This document shows, one piece after another, positions 10,409 through 21,186 of a stretch of DNA of 64,000 nt. Origin of the DNA: Candidatus Hadarchaeum sp. (lineage in GTDB: Archaea; Hadarchaeota; Hadarchaeia; Hadarchaeales; Hadarchaeaceae); contig NZ_JAVZIN010000002.1 of NCBI RefSeq assembly GCF_038871235.1, forward strand, positions 64,001-128,000, read 5' to 3'. The position numbers and the translations under genes were made by a program. A model generated the notes under the pieces. It saw only the letters and a program-made list of their open reading frames with translations. It did not search any database and was not told the origin of the DNA. The stretch's first letter is position 1, and each line of letters opens with the position of its first letter.

Positions 10409-10708
10409 ATGGATTGGATGATAAAAATCGAAGAGTTAAACGTGGAAAACAAGAAAATTTGTGGATTAGTAGCTGATCTCCCTAAGGCTCCACTGGTAGC
10501 AATAATCGCACCCAAGGGATACATCATGTGCGGTTATTTGAACCTAGAAACTGCGGAAAATTTGGGCCAAGCAGCCGCAATCGTGAGAGGCGTTGCTAGT
10601 GTTGAGGATATGCTAAATAAAAAAATTTCAGCAGTTACCTCACAAGCCAAGATTCTTGGGATTAATGAAGGTACTCCCGTTAAGGAAGCTATTAAAAAAT
10701 TGATCTGA
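10409..10708 (+). CDS. YunC/DUF1805 family protein
   Basis: KGYIMCGYLN and AAAIVRGV signatures. Confidence 0.85.
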   Translation: MDWMIKIEELNVENKKICGLVADLPKAPLVAIIAPKGYIMCGYLNLETAENLGQAAAIVRGVASVEDMLNKKISAVTSQAKILGINEGTPVKEAIKKLI

Positions 10709-11507
10709 TTTTTGTTGCCGTTTTCAGTTTCCTGCTGATGGATCCGATTCTCTGCAACATTATCTTTCTATTTCTTAAATTTTCTTCAATAACTTTAACC
10801 AAAGCGCTGCCCACAATCGCGCCATCAGCACCTGCCTCGATAATGCTCAGGATATGCCTTGGCTCAGAAACTCCGAATCCAACCACAACTGGGACTTTGC
10901 AGTAGCCCTTGGCCTTAAATACGAGGGAGCTAAGCAATGGTGAAAGATTCTTTCGGACGCCTGTGACTCCTAGCAGACTAACCAAGTAAAGGAAACCGCT
11001 TGTTGCGCTTACGATCTTCTTAAATCTTTCCTCAGTAGTAACAGGTGTGGCAAGGAAGATCATATCCAAACCGCGTTTCTTGGACTCCTCCATCACCTCC
11101 CGCGCCTCCTCAACGGGAAGATCCGGGATTATCAACCCATCAACTCCACTAAGGGCACAATCGGTAATGAAACGGGATATGCCGCTCTTGAGAATGGGAT
11201 TAAAATAGCTCAAGCAAATTAGCGGCACTTCTACTTTCTCTCTGATTTTTTTCATTAAGGCAAAATAAATATCTGTGTTCATACCAGATTGAAGGGCTCT
11301 TGCAGCTGAGGCTTGAATTGTGGAGCCATCAGCAACCGGGTCGGAAAAAGGGAGGCCCAGTTCTATCATGTCCACACCTGAGTCTTCAAGTATTTCAGCC
11401 ATCTTCAATGTCAAATGCGGTGTGGGATCTCCTGCCACTAAAAAAGTCACTAATGCACCTTCTTTCTTGAAACTGAGCTCCTCAAACTTTGCTGCGATTC
11501 TGCTCAC
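10692..11507 (-). CDS. trpA: Tryptophan synthase alpha subunit
   Basis: [22 protein letters not shown] and IVGSA motifs. Confidence 0.97.
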   Translation of the reverse strand: MSRIAAKFEELSFKKEGALVTFLVAGDPTPHLTLKMAEILEDSGVDMIELGLPFSDPVADGSTIQASAARALQSGMNTDIYFALMKKIREKVEVPLICLSYFNPILKSGISRFITDCALSGVDGLIIPDLPVEEAREVMEESKKRGLDMIFLATPVTTEERFKKIVSATSGFLYLVSLLGVTGVRKNLSPLLSSLVFKAKGYCKVPVVVGFGVSEPRHILSIIEAGADGAIVGSALVKVIEENLRNRKIMLQRIGSISRKLKTATKIRSIF

Positions 11508-12711
11508 AATCCAACCCCCTTACCTTTGCAGCTACTTCTGCGTCTTTGTCACCTCGCCCGGAAAGATTCACTACGATTACTCCGCCTCTAAACTTCTTCG
11601 GCATTTTTTTGAGATAGGCAACGGCATGCGCTGATTCGAGCGCAGGAATTATCCCTTCCGACTGTGAAAGAAGTTTAAATGCCTCCATGGCCTCGCTATC
11701 AGTAACGTGATCGTATTTTGCCCGACCCGCTCTCTTTAGAAAAGCGTGCTCCGGTCCCACTCCGGGATAATCCAGACCTGCGGCGATGCTGTGGGTCTGA
11801 CTTATTTGTCCAAACTTGTCCTGCAAAACATACGTAAAGCAACCATGGATCACCCCCTCGGTACCGGCACATAGTGAGGCGGCATGTTGGCCTGTTTCAA
11901 TCCCTTTGCCTCCGGCTTCTACTCCATAAAGGGCTACGGGATCATCAAGAAATTCGTAGAAAATACCAATGGCGTTGCTACCTCCTCCCACGCAGGCAAG
12001 AATCGCATCTGGCAATCTTCCCTCCAGATCAACTATCTGTTTTCTTGTCTCTTTCCCAATAACACGCTGAAAATCTCGTACTATCATGGGATAAGGATGG
12101 GGGCCCACAACCGAGCCAAGTAAATAATGAGTATCTTCTACATTAGCCGACCAGTCACGAAGGGCCTCATTTATCGCATCCTTGAGCGTCCCTGACCCAC
12201 TTTTCACAGGAATCACTTTTGCGCCGAGCATTCGCATTCGAAAGACGTTAAGCCTCTGGCGCTTGACGTCCAACGAACCCATATAGATTTCACATCGAAG
12301 CCCCAGCATGGCCGCGGCCGTGGCCGTGGCAACTCCATGCTGGCCGGCTCCGGTTTCTGCGATGAGTCTGGTTTTACCCATGTATCTGGCAAGAAGCGCT
12401 TGCCCCAGCGTGTTGTTAAGTTTATGCGCTCCAGTACCGAGCAAATCCTCCCTCTTCAGATAAACGTTAAATCCATATATCTGACTCAGTTTTCTAGCAG
12501 GGAAAAGAGGAGTGGGCCGGCCCCCATACTTTTTTAGAAGATCGTGAAGTTCTTGCTGAAAATTTTTATTTTTCTTAATCTTCAGGTAGTACCTCTCGAG
12601 TTCTTCAAGAGCTGGCATCAGCGTCTCCGGTACAAACCTTCCCCCATATGGGCCGAAATATCCATGCTTATCAGGATATCTACCAACGAACTTCATTCTG
12701 ATTACCCGCAC
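11482..12711 (-). CDS. trpB: Tryptophan synthase beta subunit (start possibly 12696)
   Basis: GAHKLNN PLP lysine, [17 protein letters not shown] and LSGRGDKD motifs. Confidence 0.98.
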   Translation of the reverse strand: MRVIRMKFVGRYPDKHGYFGPYGGRFVPETLMPALEELERYYLKIKKNKNFQQELHDLLKKYGGRPTPLFPARKLSQIYGFNVYLKREDLLGTGAHKLNNTLGQALLARYMGKTRLIAETGAGQHGVATATAAAMLGLRCEIYMGSLDVKRQRLNVFRMRMLGAKVIPVKSGSGTLKDAINEALRDWSANVEDTHYLLGSVVGPHPYPMIVRDFQRVIGKETRKQIVDLEGRLPDAILACVGGGSNAIGIFYEFLDDPVALYGVEAGGKGIETGQHAASLCAGTEGVIHGCFTYVLQDKFGQISQTHSIAAGLDYPGVGPEHAFLKRAGRAKYDHVTDSEAMEAFKLLSQSEGIIPALESAHAVAYLKKMPKKFRGGVIVVNLSGRGDKDAEVAAKVRGLDCEQNRSKV

Positions 12712-12752
12712 GTAAGAATAAACTGAAAATTACGTGGTTACCCAGCGTGTTC

Positions 12753-13409
12753 TCAGCTCCGTTCGGCTTTCCTCACCGCTTCTAAAAACTCCTGCATGAG
12801 CTTGGGATCCTTTCGTCTTGGACTCGACTCCACTCCTGTAGCTACGTCGACCCCATACGGCCTAACTATTTTTATCGCCTGTGCTACGTTGGTGGGGGTA
12901 AGACCGCCAGCGAGAAAAACTGGCCTTTTCACAACTTTTCTTATGCTGGCGCTCAGGTTCCAGTTGTGAGGGAGGCCAGTTCCCCCTCCAGAGGGCCCTT
13001 CAGTATCTATTAATAGAAAATCGGCGCCTTCTGAGAACAACAAGGCTTTATGGATAATTTCCTCGAAGTTCCCAATCTTTTGAGGAACCGAAACAACCGT
13101 CATCACCCGAGCATCAAGTTCTTTCCTTAATTTAAGAAGTTCTTCTGTTGAGAAAGTAAGTTGGAACTGGAGAATATCCGGTCTTAATTTTTCATAAATA
13201 TTTTTTACATCATCGGCACATCGAGGCAAAAAAACCGCCACTCTCGCGACACCTTGATCGACTTTGTCAAAAATCTTGGAGGCTTGGTCAATATTCACGT
13301 GACGCGAGGATTGTGGGATGAGAATAACTCCCACCATATCAACGCCCAGCCTGCACGCGATTTTTACATCCCCAACTCGAGTGAACCCACAAATTTTAAT
13401 TTTTGTCAT
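12753..13409 (-). CDS. trpF: Phosphoribosylanthranilate isomerase
   Basis: KIKICG, GGTG, LAGGL and GVDVATGVE motifs. Confidence 0.96.
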   Translation of the reverse strand: MTKIKICGFTRVGDVKIACRLGVDMVGVILIPQSSRHVNIDQASKIFDKVDQGVARVAVFLPRCADDVKNIYEKLRPDILQFQLTFSTEELLKLRKELDARVMTVVSVPQKIGNFEEIIHKALLFSEGADFLLIDTEGPSGGGTGLPHNWNLSASIRKVVKRPVFLAGGLTPTNVAQAIKIVRPYGVDVATGVESSPRRKDPKLMQEFLEAVRKAERS

Positions 13410-13412
13410 GTT

Positions 13413-14183
13413 TTACCTCGCGTTCACCAATGATCTAACCTTCTGCTCAATATTTCTAGATGTCATCAACGCTGTGCCCACCAGAACCGCATCCGCTCCA
13501 GCATCAAGCATACTTCTCACGTCAGCTGCTGTGAATATTCCACTCTCGCTCACCAGGGTTACATCTTCAGGTATATCAGGTGCAAGGTCAACTGTACGCT
13601 GCAAATTTACCTTTAAAGTTTCTAAGTCTCTATTATTTATCCCAATTAACTGAGCCCCAGCTAAAACCGCCAACTTGATCTCTCTCTTGTTCGTGACTTC
13701 AACCAAACTTTCCATTCCAAGCTCTTCAGCCAAGAGCATAAAATCGCGCAGGCGGGGGCCAAGCAACTTGACTATTAGCAGTACTACGTCCGCCCCTAGC
13801 CTTGCTGCCTCTAAAATCTGATACTCATCAACGATGAAATTCTTATAGATTAAGGGGACATCAACTTTATTTCGCAACTCACCAAGAAAGATTGGGTCAC
13901 CTTTAAAATATTTGGACTCGGTAATAACGGAAAGCGACACAGCTCCACCACGAACCATTGCATACGCCACCTCGATTACATTTGCTTCCAGTCTGATGTC
14001 TCCTACAGATGGCGAGGCACGTTTTATCTCGGCAATTATTGGTACTCTCTCTGCCTCCTCTATAGCTCCTATCAAGCTTAATCTCTTGACTTTTGGAATT
14101 TTTGAACATAGAATTTGATTGACACGAGCCCTACGCTGCACCTCTTTCCGAACCTCCTGAACTATGTTTGTTAAAAAGTTCAT
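13413..14183 (-). CDS. trpC: Indole-3-glycerol phosphate synthase
   Basis: IAEIKRASPS, GINNRDL, SESGI and LVGTALM motifs. Confidence 0.96.
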   Translation of the reverse strand: MNFLTNIVQEVRKEVQRRARVNQILCSKIPKVKRLSLIGAIEEAERVPIIAEIKRASPSVGDIRLEANVIEVAYAMVRGGAVSLSVITESKYFKGDPIFLGELRNKVDVPLIYKNFIVDEYQILEAARLGADVVLLIVKLLGPRLRDFMLLAEELGMESLVEVTNKREIKLAVLAGAQLIGINNRDLETLKVNLQRTVDLAPDIPEDVTLVSESGIFTAADVRSMLDAGADAVLVGTALMTSRNIEQKVRSLVNAR

Positions 14184-15235
14184 TAAACAGCCTCCAATCT
14201 TTCTAACTTTTGAAGATCGCCTCCAGTTGCTTTTATTAATTGCAACATCTTTTCATAGGCTCGTCCGGAATCAATGGAGTCTTCGGCGATGGCCACCGCT
14301 TCACGTAAGTTATCAGCTTTACCTGCAACCACTATTGCCGCAGCCGCGTTCAAAAGCACGATTTCTCTCTTTGGCCCTCGTTCTCCTTTTAGAACCTCCA
14401 ATAAGATACGCGCGTTTTTCTCAACGTCGCCACCAACTATTGAATCTGGATCTACGCGAGGTATTCCAAATTGTTCTGGATAAACCGTGTAAGTCGCAAT
14501 TTCGCCATCGATAAGTTCTGATATTTGCGTTCCACCCAATATCGATATTTCATCTAAACCATCAAGCCCATGAACAACCATCGCCCGTTTGCATCCAAGC
14601 TTTTCGAGTATGCATGCCATTTTTTCCGTTAAAACCGCATCAAAAGTTCCAACAACTTGTGCTTGAGCGCCAGCGGGATTTGTCAGTGGACCCAAAAGGT
14701 TAAAAACAGTCGGGATTTTTATCTCCCTTCTAGGTCTCATCACATGCTTCATCGCTCTATGGAAACTTGGAGCAAACATGAAACCTAAGCCTATTCTCTC
14801 GATACAGCGCTCAACCTCCTGAGGCGGTAAATCTATTTTCACACCGATCGACTCAATTACATCCGCACTTCCCGATTTGCTTGTCTGTGACCTGTTACCG
14901 TGTTTTGCTATAACCACGCCTGCCCCTGCAGCGACAAACATTGCGACGGTGCTAACATTGAACGTTTTTATCTTATCTCCTCCAGTTCCGCAGATATCGA
15001 CCAGCAACCCATTGACTCTCGGATTTATCCTTATAGCAAATCGACGCATCGCGCTCGCAAAAGCGGCAATCTCCTCCGCAGTTTCTCCCTTCATTCTGAG
15101 CGCTGTGAGAACGGACCCTATCTGTGCCTCAGTTGCCTCGCCAAACATTATTTCTTTCATTGCTTCCTCTGCTTCATGCCAAGTAAGATCTCTATATTGA
15201 ACCAGCTTTTTAATCGCATCTTGAACCGAGTTCAA
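14183..15235 (-). CDS. trpD: Anthranilate phosphoribosyltransferase
   Basis: DICGTGGD, KHGNRS, NLLGPLTNP and GLDE motifs. Confidence 0.97.
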   Translation of the reverse strand: MNSVQDAIKKLVQYRDLTWHEAEEAMKEIMFGEATEAQIGSVLTALRMKGETAEEIAAFASAMRRFAIRINPRVNGLLVDICGTGGDKIKTFNVSTVAMFVAAGAGVVIAKHGNRSQTSKSGSADVIESIGVKIDLPPQEVERCIERIGLGFMFAPSFHRAMKHVMRPRREIKIPTVFNLLGPLTNPAGAQAQVVGTFDAVLTEKMACILEKLGCKRAMVVHGLDGLDEISILGGTQISELIDGEIATYTVYPEQFGIPRVDPDSIVGGDVEKNARILLEVLKGERGPKREIVLLNAAAAIVVAGKADNLREAVAIAEDSIDSGRAYEKMLQLIKATGGDLQKLERLEAV

Positions 15236-15807
15236 AACAGTCCCTCCGTAAAATTTTTAATCAACGTTTTGCCATGCTTTGTGAGAATAGATTCTGGATG
15301 AAATTGAACCCCAAAGATCGGCAATTTCCGGTGCTGAAGCCCCATTATTTCTTTATCTTGGTCAAGCGTCACCGCGGTCACGCGCAAACAACTTGGCAAA
15401 CTTGCTTGATTAACTGCAAGTGAGTGATAACGAGTTGCTTCGAAAGGGCTTGGAATGCCCCGAAAAAGTACGCTTCCATTATGTATGATTTGAGACACTT
15501 TACCATGCATAAGCATTTTCGCGTGCACTACTCGCCCACCGAAAGCACAGGCAATCGCTTGATGCCCTAAGCAGACGCCCAAAATAGGAACTTTTTCCCC
15601 AAATCTTTTAATAACCTCAATCGAGATGCCTGCATCCTTTGGTTTACCCGGCCCAGGGGAGATAATAATTCTCTCCGGATCAACGTCGGCAATTCTCTCA
15701 AGTGATACATCGTTCAAGAATACAACTGGCTCTGCACCTAGCTCACCTATATAATGAACTAAGTTGTAGGTGAAGCTATCATAATTATCAATAACTACAA
15801 CTTTCAT
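15232..15807 (-). CDS. trpG: Anthranilate synthase component II (glutamine amidotransferase)
   Basis: IDNYDSFTYN, SPGPG, GVCLGHQ and QFHPES motifs. Confidence 0.97.
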   Translation of the reverse strand: MKVVVIDNYDSFTYNLVHYIGELGAEPVVFLNDVSLERIADVDPERIIISPGPGKPKDAGISIEVIKRFGEKVPILGVCLGHQAIACAFGGRVVHAKMLMHGKVSQIIHNGSVLFRGIPSPFEATRYHSLAVNQASLPSCLRVTAVTLDQDKEIMGLQHRKLPIFGVQFHPESILTKHGKTLIKNFTEGLF

Positions 15808-15824
15808 CCTAACCTCACCTCGTT

Positions 15825-17306
15825 TTAACCACTTCTCAGCCCAGCCGCCATAAGCAACGCCCGCGCCTTATTTTCTGTCTCATAATACTCCTTCCACGGT
15901 ACAGAGTCAGCGACTATCCCTGCGCCGACCTGCACGTAAGCTTTTGACTTCTCACACACCAATGTCCGTATAGTTATCGCAAAATCTGCATCTCCTATGT
16001 AGCTGAAAGTTCCGATTGCTCCTGCGTAAATACCTCTTCTCACTGGCTCAAGTTCCTCTATTATCTCCATTGCTCTCAATTTCGGTGCTCCAGTCACCGT
16101 GCCCGCAGGAAAAGCCGCCCGGAAAGCATCTAGCGCATCGGCATCTTCCCGTAGTTCCCCCTCTATATTTGACACCAGATGCTGAACCTGACTATATTTC
16201 TCCACTTTCATGAAACTCGTTACTTTAATTGAACCAAACTTAGAGACCCGACCCAAATCGTTTCTGCCAAGATCAACCAACATGGTGTGCTCCGCTCGCT
16301 CTTTTTCATCAGCGCACAGGTCCTGTTCCATAGCATCATCGTCTTCTCTATCCGTCCCCCGTCGCCTAGTACCAGCGATGGGGCGGGTTATCACCTTGCG
16401 GCCACATACTCTTAACAAGATCTCTGGGCTGGAACCAACGATACAACGCTCGGGAAAATCTAAGAAAAACATATAGGGCGATGGGTTGATTTTTCTTAAA
16501 TTGAGAAAGAAATGCTCTAAAGGCGGTGGAGAATTAAACTCAATTCTTCTTGAAAGAACTACCTGAATTATGTCTCCACTGCGGATATACTCCTTCGCGC
16601 GATTAACTTGTCTTTCATATTCTTCCCGAGTGAAATTTGATCTGATCGAAATGGGGCCAAGATTTTCAATTTTAGGGTCGTTTTCTTTTATTGTAACTAA
16701 ATCCTCCAACTTTGACTTGGCTCGCGCAAATGCTAACTGCGGATCCGATGTATCTGACAACGCCAACAAGGAACAATAGTGGGTTTTATGTGCGAAATGA
16801 TCGATTATCACCATTCGCTCCGGCAACATGAGTTCAAGTTGAGGTTGTTTCAAATCATCCGCCGCGTTCATTCCTACGTTAAACATAGTTCTAACATAAT
16901 CATAGCTAATGTACCCAACTATCCCCAACATATACCGCGAAGCGCCCTTCGGAAATCTCATTTTTTTCAGCAACATTATCCGCTCAAAAATTTTCAGAGG
17001 ATCTTCATTCTCACGTATTGGAAAGCGCCTCACCATATCAACAAAATCCTGCCGGCCCAAAATCTGACATTTGCCCGTCTTGACCTTTAGATAAAGCAAT
17101 GGATCGCACCCTAACACGGAATAACGTGATATCTCGCCTTGTCCTCTTGCCGACTCCAACAAATAGGAAAGTGATGACCTGCGTCTCAGGCCAAAGTAAA
17201 GCTTTGCCGGGTCAGGGCATTTATCGGCTGTGTACACTAATGGAAGCAGACCAGGCCGATCAATTTCTTCCGCCAGTTTCAACCCATTTCGGTAGTTAAT
17301 CTCCAA
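15825..17306 (-). CDS. trpE: Anthranilate synthase component I
   Basis: LLES, NPSPYM, PIAGT, HTMLVDLGRND and GAPK motifs. Confidence 0.96.
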   Translation of the reverse strand: MEINYRNGLKLAEEIDRPGLLPLVYTADKCPDPAKLYFGLRRRSSLSYLLESARGQGEISRYSVLGCDPLLYLKVKTGKCQILGRQDFVDMVRRFPIRENEDPLKIFERIMLLKKMRFPKGASRYMLGIVGYISYDYVRTMFNVGMNAADDLKQPQLELMLPERMVIIDHFAHKTHYCSLLALSDTSDPQLAFARAKSKLEDLVTIKENDPKIENLGPISIRSNFTREEYERQVNRAKEYIRSGDIIQVVLSRRIEFNSPPPLEHFFLNLRKINPSPYMFFLDFPERCIVGSSPEILLRVCGRKVITRPIAGTRRRGTDREDDDAMEQDLCADEKERAEHTMLVDLGRNDLGRVSKFGSIKVTSFMKVEKYSQVQHLVSNIEGELREDADALDAFRAAFPAGTVTGAPKLRAMEIIEELEPVRRGIYAGAIGTFSYIGDADFAITIRTLVCEKSKAYVQVGAGIVADSVPWKEYYETENKARALLMAAGLRSG

Positions 17307-17332
17307 TTTCTCAACCGCGTTTTTTTCTATTT

Positions 17333-17368
17333 TGTACTATTTAAGACTTTAGTGTACAATTTTGTTCA
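17333..17368 (-). promoter_or_regulatory. trp promoter with TRP-box-like operators
   Basis: TGTACT (17333), TGTACA (17353) and TGTTCA (17363) flanking a minus-strand CTTAAATA TATA box (17338-17345). Confidence 0.6.
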
Positions 17369-17428
17369 AAATACAAAAGAATGATTTTTCTTATATAAAA
17401 AGGTTGCCCCCAACAATCAGCTGAAAAC

Positions 17429-17728
17429 TTGGGGGGTGAAAATATAGCAAAAAATTTTGGAAAAATGGAACCAACTAAGGAAATTTCAACACTGAGGATC
17501 GTGGCCAAGCGTGAAGACAGAGAACCCTATACAGTGAATATTCCGGTCAAGGGGGACGTTTTCTCCTTAGTATTACCGAGCGGCTATATAAACTGGCCTG
17601 AAGGTAAGCCCTATCCTGACTCAATTAAAATAGCTATCGACGACGACCGGAGCCTTTGGGTTAACTTCGGCGTTTCCAAGGAATATGGTTTTTACACATC
17701 GCTGAGAATTGGAAAAGCCAGCGAGTAA
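17429..17728 (+). CDS. Small hypothetical protein
   Basis: ORF fills the gap between trpE and leuA; TTATATAA upstream; no family recognised. Confidence 0.6.
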   Translation: MGGENIAKNFGKMEPTKEISTLRIVAKREDREPYTVNIPVKGDVFSLVLPSGYINWPEGKPYPDSIKIAIDDDRSLWVNFGVSKEYGFYTSLRIGKASE

Positions 17729-17762
17729 AAATACAGACACCATTTGATTTCAAGACCAACCG

Positions 17763-19313
17763 CTATTTCCTGCCGGCAAAATATCTGTTGATACCATTGA
17801 CCATGGCCTCGACACTGGCTAACACAACATCCTCACGAACACCCTTTGCTCTGTAGAGATTACCCTGTTCATCTTCAAGCTCAACCGTCACCTCGGCAAG
17901 TGCATCGCTTCCGCCGGTTATCGCGTCAAGATGGTACTTCTTTAACCTGAGCTTTGAAATTTCACCCATCGCTGCCCTAATTGCCGCTATCGCTGCATCG
18001 ACTGGGCCCACCCCGATCGCAGAACTTACCCTATCCTCACCACGAATGCTCAAACGTACCGAAGCTGTTGGGGTGATGGTGCTGCCTGTCGTGACCGTGA
18101 CCTCCTTTAACTCAACTATTTTCTCTTCCTTTGGCAACGCACCGATTACGCTTTCGGCAATTACCCGCAGATCGGCATCAGTAACCTGCTTACCCTTATC
18201 TCCCAGTGCCTTGACCTGACGCGTGATCTCAATGAGCTGCCGTTTGTTGGCCTTTACTCCTATGCTACGCAGTTGCTTTTCAACGGAATGTCTGCCTGTG
18301 AGCTTGCCGAGTTCCAAACGGCGGTGGTGACCGACCAGTTCTGGAGAGAAAGGCTCATAGGTACCCGGGAACTCTATGACTCCGTGAGCGTGAATTCCAG
18401 AAACGTGCGCAAAGGCATTATCGCCAACGATGGCCTTATTGGGCGGCACAGAGATGCCCGTGATACGTTCAACTAAATCTGAGGTCTCTGTGAGCAACTC
18501 TGTTTTAATGCGCAATTTTATGCCGTATAGCGTCTTGAGTGCCATAACGATTTCCTCCAACGAAGCGTTGCCAGCCCGCTCGCCTAAACCATTCACTGTC
18601 ACCTGAACCTGTTGGGCCCCTGCTTCCACAGCAGCAAGGGAATTAGCCACCGCCAATCCAAGATCATCATGGCAGTGTACACTTATTGGCACATTTATGT
18701 GCGGCTTGAGTTGTGATATAAGATAATACATGGCGCGAGGAGTTATCGCGCCGATAGTGTCCGGTACATTAATTCTGTCCGCGCCCGCCTCAATGACGGC
18801 TTTATAAGTCTCCCTCAGAAATTCTAGATCCGTCCGAGTAGCGTCCATCGCCGAAAATTCAACTTTGACTCCATGATCCTTAGCATATTCTACAAACTTC
18901 ACCGCCTGTCTCACCACTTGTTCGCGCGACATCTTTAGCGCGTGTTTGAGGTGAAGATCCGATGTGCTGATGAAAATGTGGACGCAGTCAACGCCGCAGT
19001 TGATTGCGGCGTCAACGTCCTCCTTGAGCGGCCGCGCCAGCGCACATATCTCCGCCTTTAGCCCCGCCTTAGCTATTGCAGCAACTGCCTTACGTTCCCC
19101 ATCTGAAGAAACCGGTGTTCCGGCCTCAATCGTGTCAACGCCGAGCCGATCCAGCTGACGGGCGATGAGCATTTTTTGATCGGGAGTAAAGGAAACACCC
19201 GGGGTCTGATCACCATCCCTAAGTGTGGTATCGAAAATCCTGACCTTCTTGGGCAACCTGATCTCGCGATTGACCAGTCTCGCGTAGTCACTTATGAAAA
19301 CGTTTTTCTGCAT
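17763..19313 (-). CDS. leuA: 2-isopropylmalate synthase-like protein (LeuA)
   Basis: DTTLRDG, INVPDT...PRAMYYLI and GLGERAGN motifs, C-terminal regulatory domain; ATG at 19313 follows GGTGG. Confidence 0.8.
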   Translation of the reverse strand: MQKNVFISDYARLVNREIRLPKKVRIFDTTLRDGDQTPGVSFTPDQKMLIARQLDRLGVDTIEAGTPVSSDGERKAVAAIAKAGLKAEICALARPLKEDVDAAINCGVDCVHIFISTSDLHLKHALKMSREQVVRQAVKFVEYAKDHGVKVEFSAMDATRTDLEFLRETYKAVIEAGADRINVPDTIGAITPRAMYYLISQLKPHINVPISVHCHDDLGLAVANSLAAVEAGAQQVQVTVNGLGERAGNASLEEIVMALKTLYGIKLRIKTELLTETSDLVERITGISVPPNKAIVGDNAFAHVSGIHAHGVIEFPGTYEPFSPELVGHHRRLELGKLTGRHSVEKQLRSIGVKANKRQLIEITRQVKALGDKGKQVTDADLRVIAESVIGALPKEEKIVELKEVTVTTGSTITPTASVRLSIRGEDRVSSAIGVGPVDAAIAAIRAAMGEISKLRLKKYHLDAITGGSDALAEVTVELEDEQGNLYRAKGVREDVVLASVEAMVNGINRYFAGRK

Positions 19314-19381
19314 TTGAACCACCATCAATTACTTTAGCCATTAATATAATGTTCACCTATATAGCAAAAGGGGACCCCGAT

Positions 19382-20884
19382 ATGGCGAGGCGCAGGATAA
19401 AGGTACTGGATACAACCCTGAGGGACGGAGAACAAACGCCAGGAGTAGCGCTGACTCCAGAACAAAAATTAGAAATAGCAAGAGCCCTCGATGATCTGGG
19501 CGTGGACATCTTGGAAGCTGGAGCTGCAATATCATCAGAAGGAGAAAGAAAAGCCATAAAGATGATTTCAAGGGCGGGATTAAATGCTGAAATATGCAGC
19601 TTCGTCAGGGCCGCCAAGGAAGATATCGACGCTGCGCTTGCCTGCGACGTCGACAGCGTCCACATGGTTGTCCCAACCTCTGACATTCATCTGAAATACA
19701 AGTTAAAGAAAACGAAAAAAGAAGTCAAGGAAATGGCCCTAAATGCAGCCCGGTACGCGCTTGACCATGGATTGATAGTTGAATTCTCTTCCGAGGACGC
19801 GAGCAGAACTGAACCATCGTTTTTGTTGGATATTCTCTCTGCGGCGGTTGAGGAGGGGGTCCAGAGGGTCTGCATATGCGACACGGTTGGAGTTTTAACT
19901 TATGAAAAATCACGAGAACTTTTTTCGAACCTAACTGCAAAACTGAAGGTGCCTGTTTCCGCCCATTGCCACAATGACTTTGGCATGGCCACGGCGAATA
20001 CCGTGGCCGCTGTAATGGGTGGGGCCAGCGAAGTTCACGTAACCATCAATGGCTTGGGCGAAAGAGGTGGAAACGCGGCGTTGGAAGAAGTAGTTCTCGC
20101 CCTTTCACAATTCTACGATATCTCTACTGGAATCAAGCTGAAACTACTCTACAGTGTTTCCAATTTGGTCGAAAAAATCACCGGTATGCCGGTCTCGCCG
20201 ACAAAACCGATTGTAGGTGAAAATGCGTTTACCCATGGGGCCGGAATCCACACCCATGGTGTACTTGCCGAACCATCAACATACGAACCGATACCGCCAG
20301 AGCTGGTGGGCCAACATCGCAGGCTGGTCTTCGGAAAGCTATCCGGATCTCACGCGATTGAAAGCGAGCTGAAGAAGATGGGTCTTAAGCCCACTAAAAA
20401 ACAGATCGAAGAGATATTCAACCAAGTGAAACAGCTAGGTGATCGTGGCAAAATAGTCACCGACACCGAACTTCGGGCCATTGTAGACTCGGTCCTAGGA
20501 CGAGGATTCAAGGAAACCCTCAAGCTCGAAGAACTTACTGTGGTGAGCGGAAACCGCGTCACTCCCACCTCCTCCGTCAGAATAAAGTTTGGCGATAAGG
20601 AGTTCGTCGAATCGGGGGTGGGTATTGGACCAGTGGACGCAGCCATGAACGCCATTAGGAAAGTGGTGGAGGGAACTGCCAATGTGAGGCTGGTGGAGTA
20701 TCACGTCGATGCCATCTCCGGAGGCACCGACGCCATGGTAAGTGTAGTGGTAAAGCTAACGGACGGTAAGAGGATGGTCACCGCGAGAGGTACTAGTGGG
20801 GACATCATCATGGCTAGCGTTCAAGCTATGCTTAATGGCGTCAACCGCCTATTATGGGACAAGCAGCTGAGGGTGAAAGAATGA
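19382..20884 (+). CDS. cimA: (R)-citramalate synthase-like protein (CimA)
   Basis: [27 protein letters not shown] and RVCICDTVG, as in methanogen CimA. Confidence 0.8.
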   Translation: MARRRIKVLDTTLRDGEQTPGVALTPEQKLEIARALDDLGVDILEAGAAISSEGERKAIKMISRAGLNAEICSFVRAAKEDIDAALACDVDSVHMVVPTSDIHLKYKLKKTKKEVKEMALNAARYALDHGLIVEFSSEDASRTEPSFLLDILSAAVEEGVQRVCICDTVGVLTYEKSRELFSNLTAKLKVPVSAHCHNDFGMATANTVAAVMGGASEVHVTINGLGERGGNAALEEVVLALSQFYDISTGIKLKLLYSVSNLVEKITGMPVSPTKPIVGENAFTHGAGIHTHGVLAEPSTYEPIPPELVGQHRRLVFGKLSGSHAIESELKKMGLKPTKKQIEEIFNQVKQLGDRGKIVTDTELRAIVDSVLGRGFKETLKLEELTVVSGNRVTPTSSVRIKFGDKEFVESGVGIGPVDAAMNAIRKVVEGTANVRLVEYHVDAISGGTDAMVSVVVKLTDGKRMVTARGTSGDIIMASVQAMLNGVNRLLWDKQLRVKE

Positions 20885-21177
20885 CGACTCAACCGAACAA
20901 CGAAGAACTTGAACGAGTGAGAATGCCGAGAACCGGCGAAGTCCTTGGTGTGGTGGAGCAGATGTATGGATTTGACCGCCTTCGGGTACGTTGCCGGGAC
21001 GGCTTCACGAGGAACTGCAGAATCCCTGGGAGAATCCGCAAACGCCTGTGGGTCCGAGAAGGTGATGTCGTCATCGTCCGCCCGTGGGCCGTCCAAGGGA
21101 AAGAAAAAGGTGACATCATTCACCGCTATACTGCCGCTCAGCTTGACGCCTTGAGAAGAAAAGGTCTTTGGGAATAG
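20881..21177 (+). CDS. eif1a: Translation initiation factor aIF-1A
   Basis: [24 protein letters not shown] fold; ATG overlaps the cimA stop. Confidence 0.96.
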   Translation: MTTQPNNEELERVRMPRTGEVLGVVEQMYGFDRLRVRCRDGFTRNCRIPGRIRKRLWVREGDVVIVRPWAVQGKEKGDIIHRYTAAQLDALRRKGLWE

Positions 21178-21186
21178 GCTGGTAAT

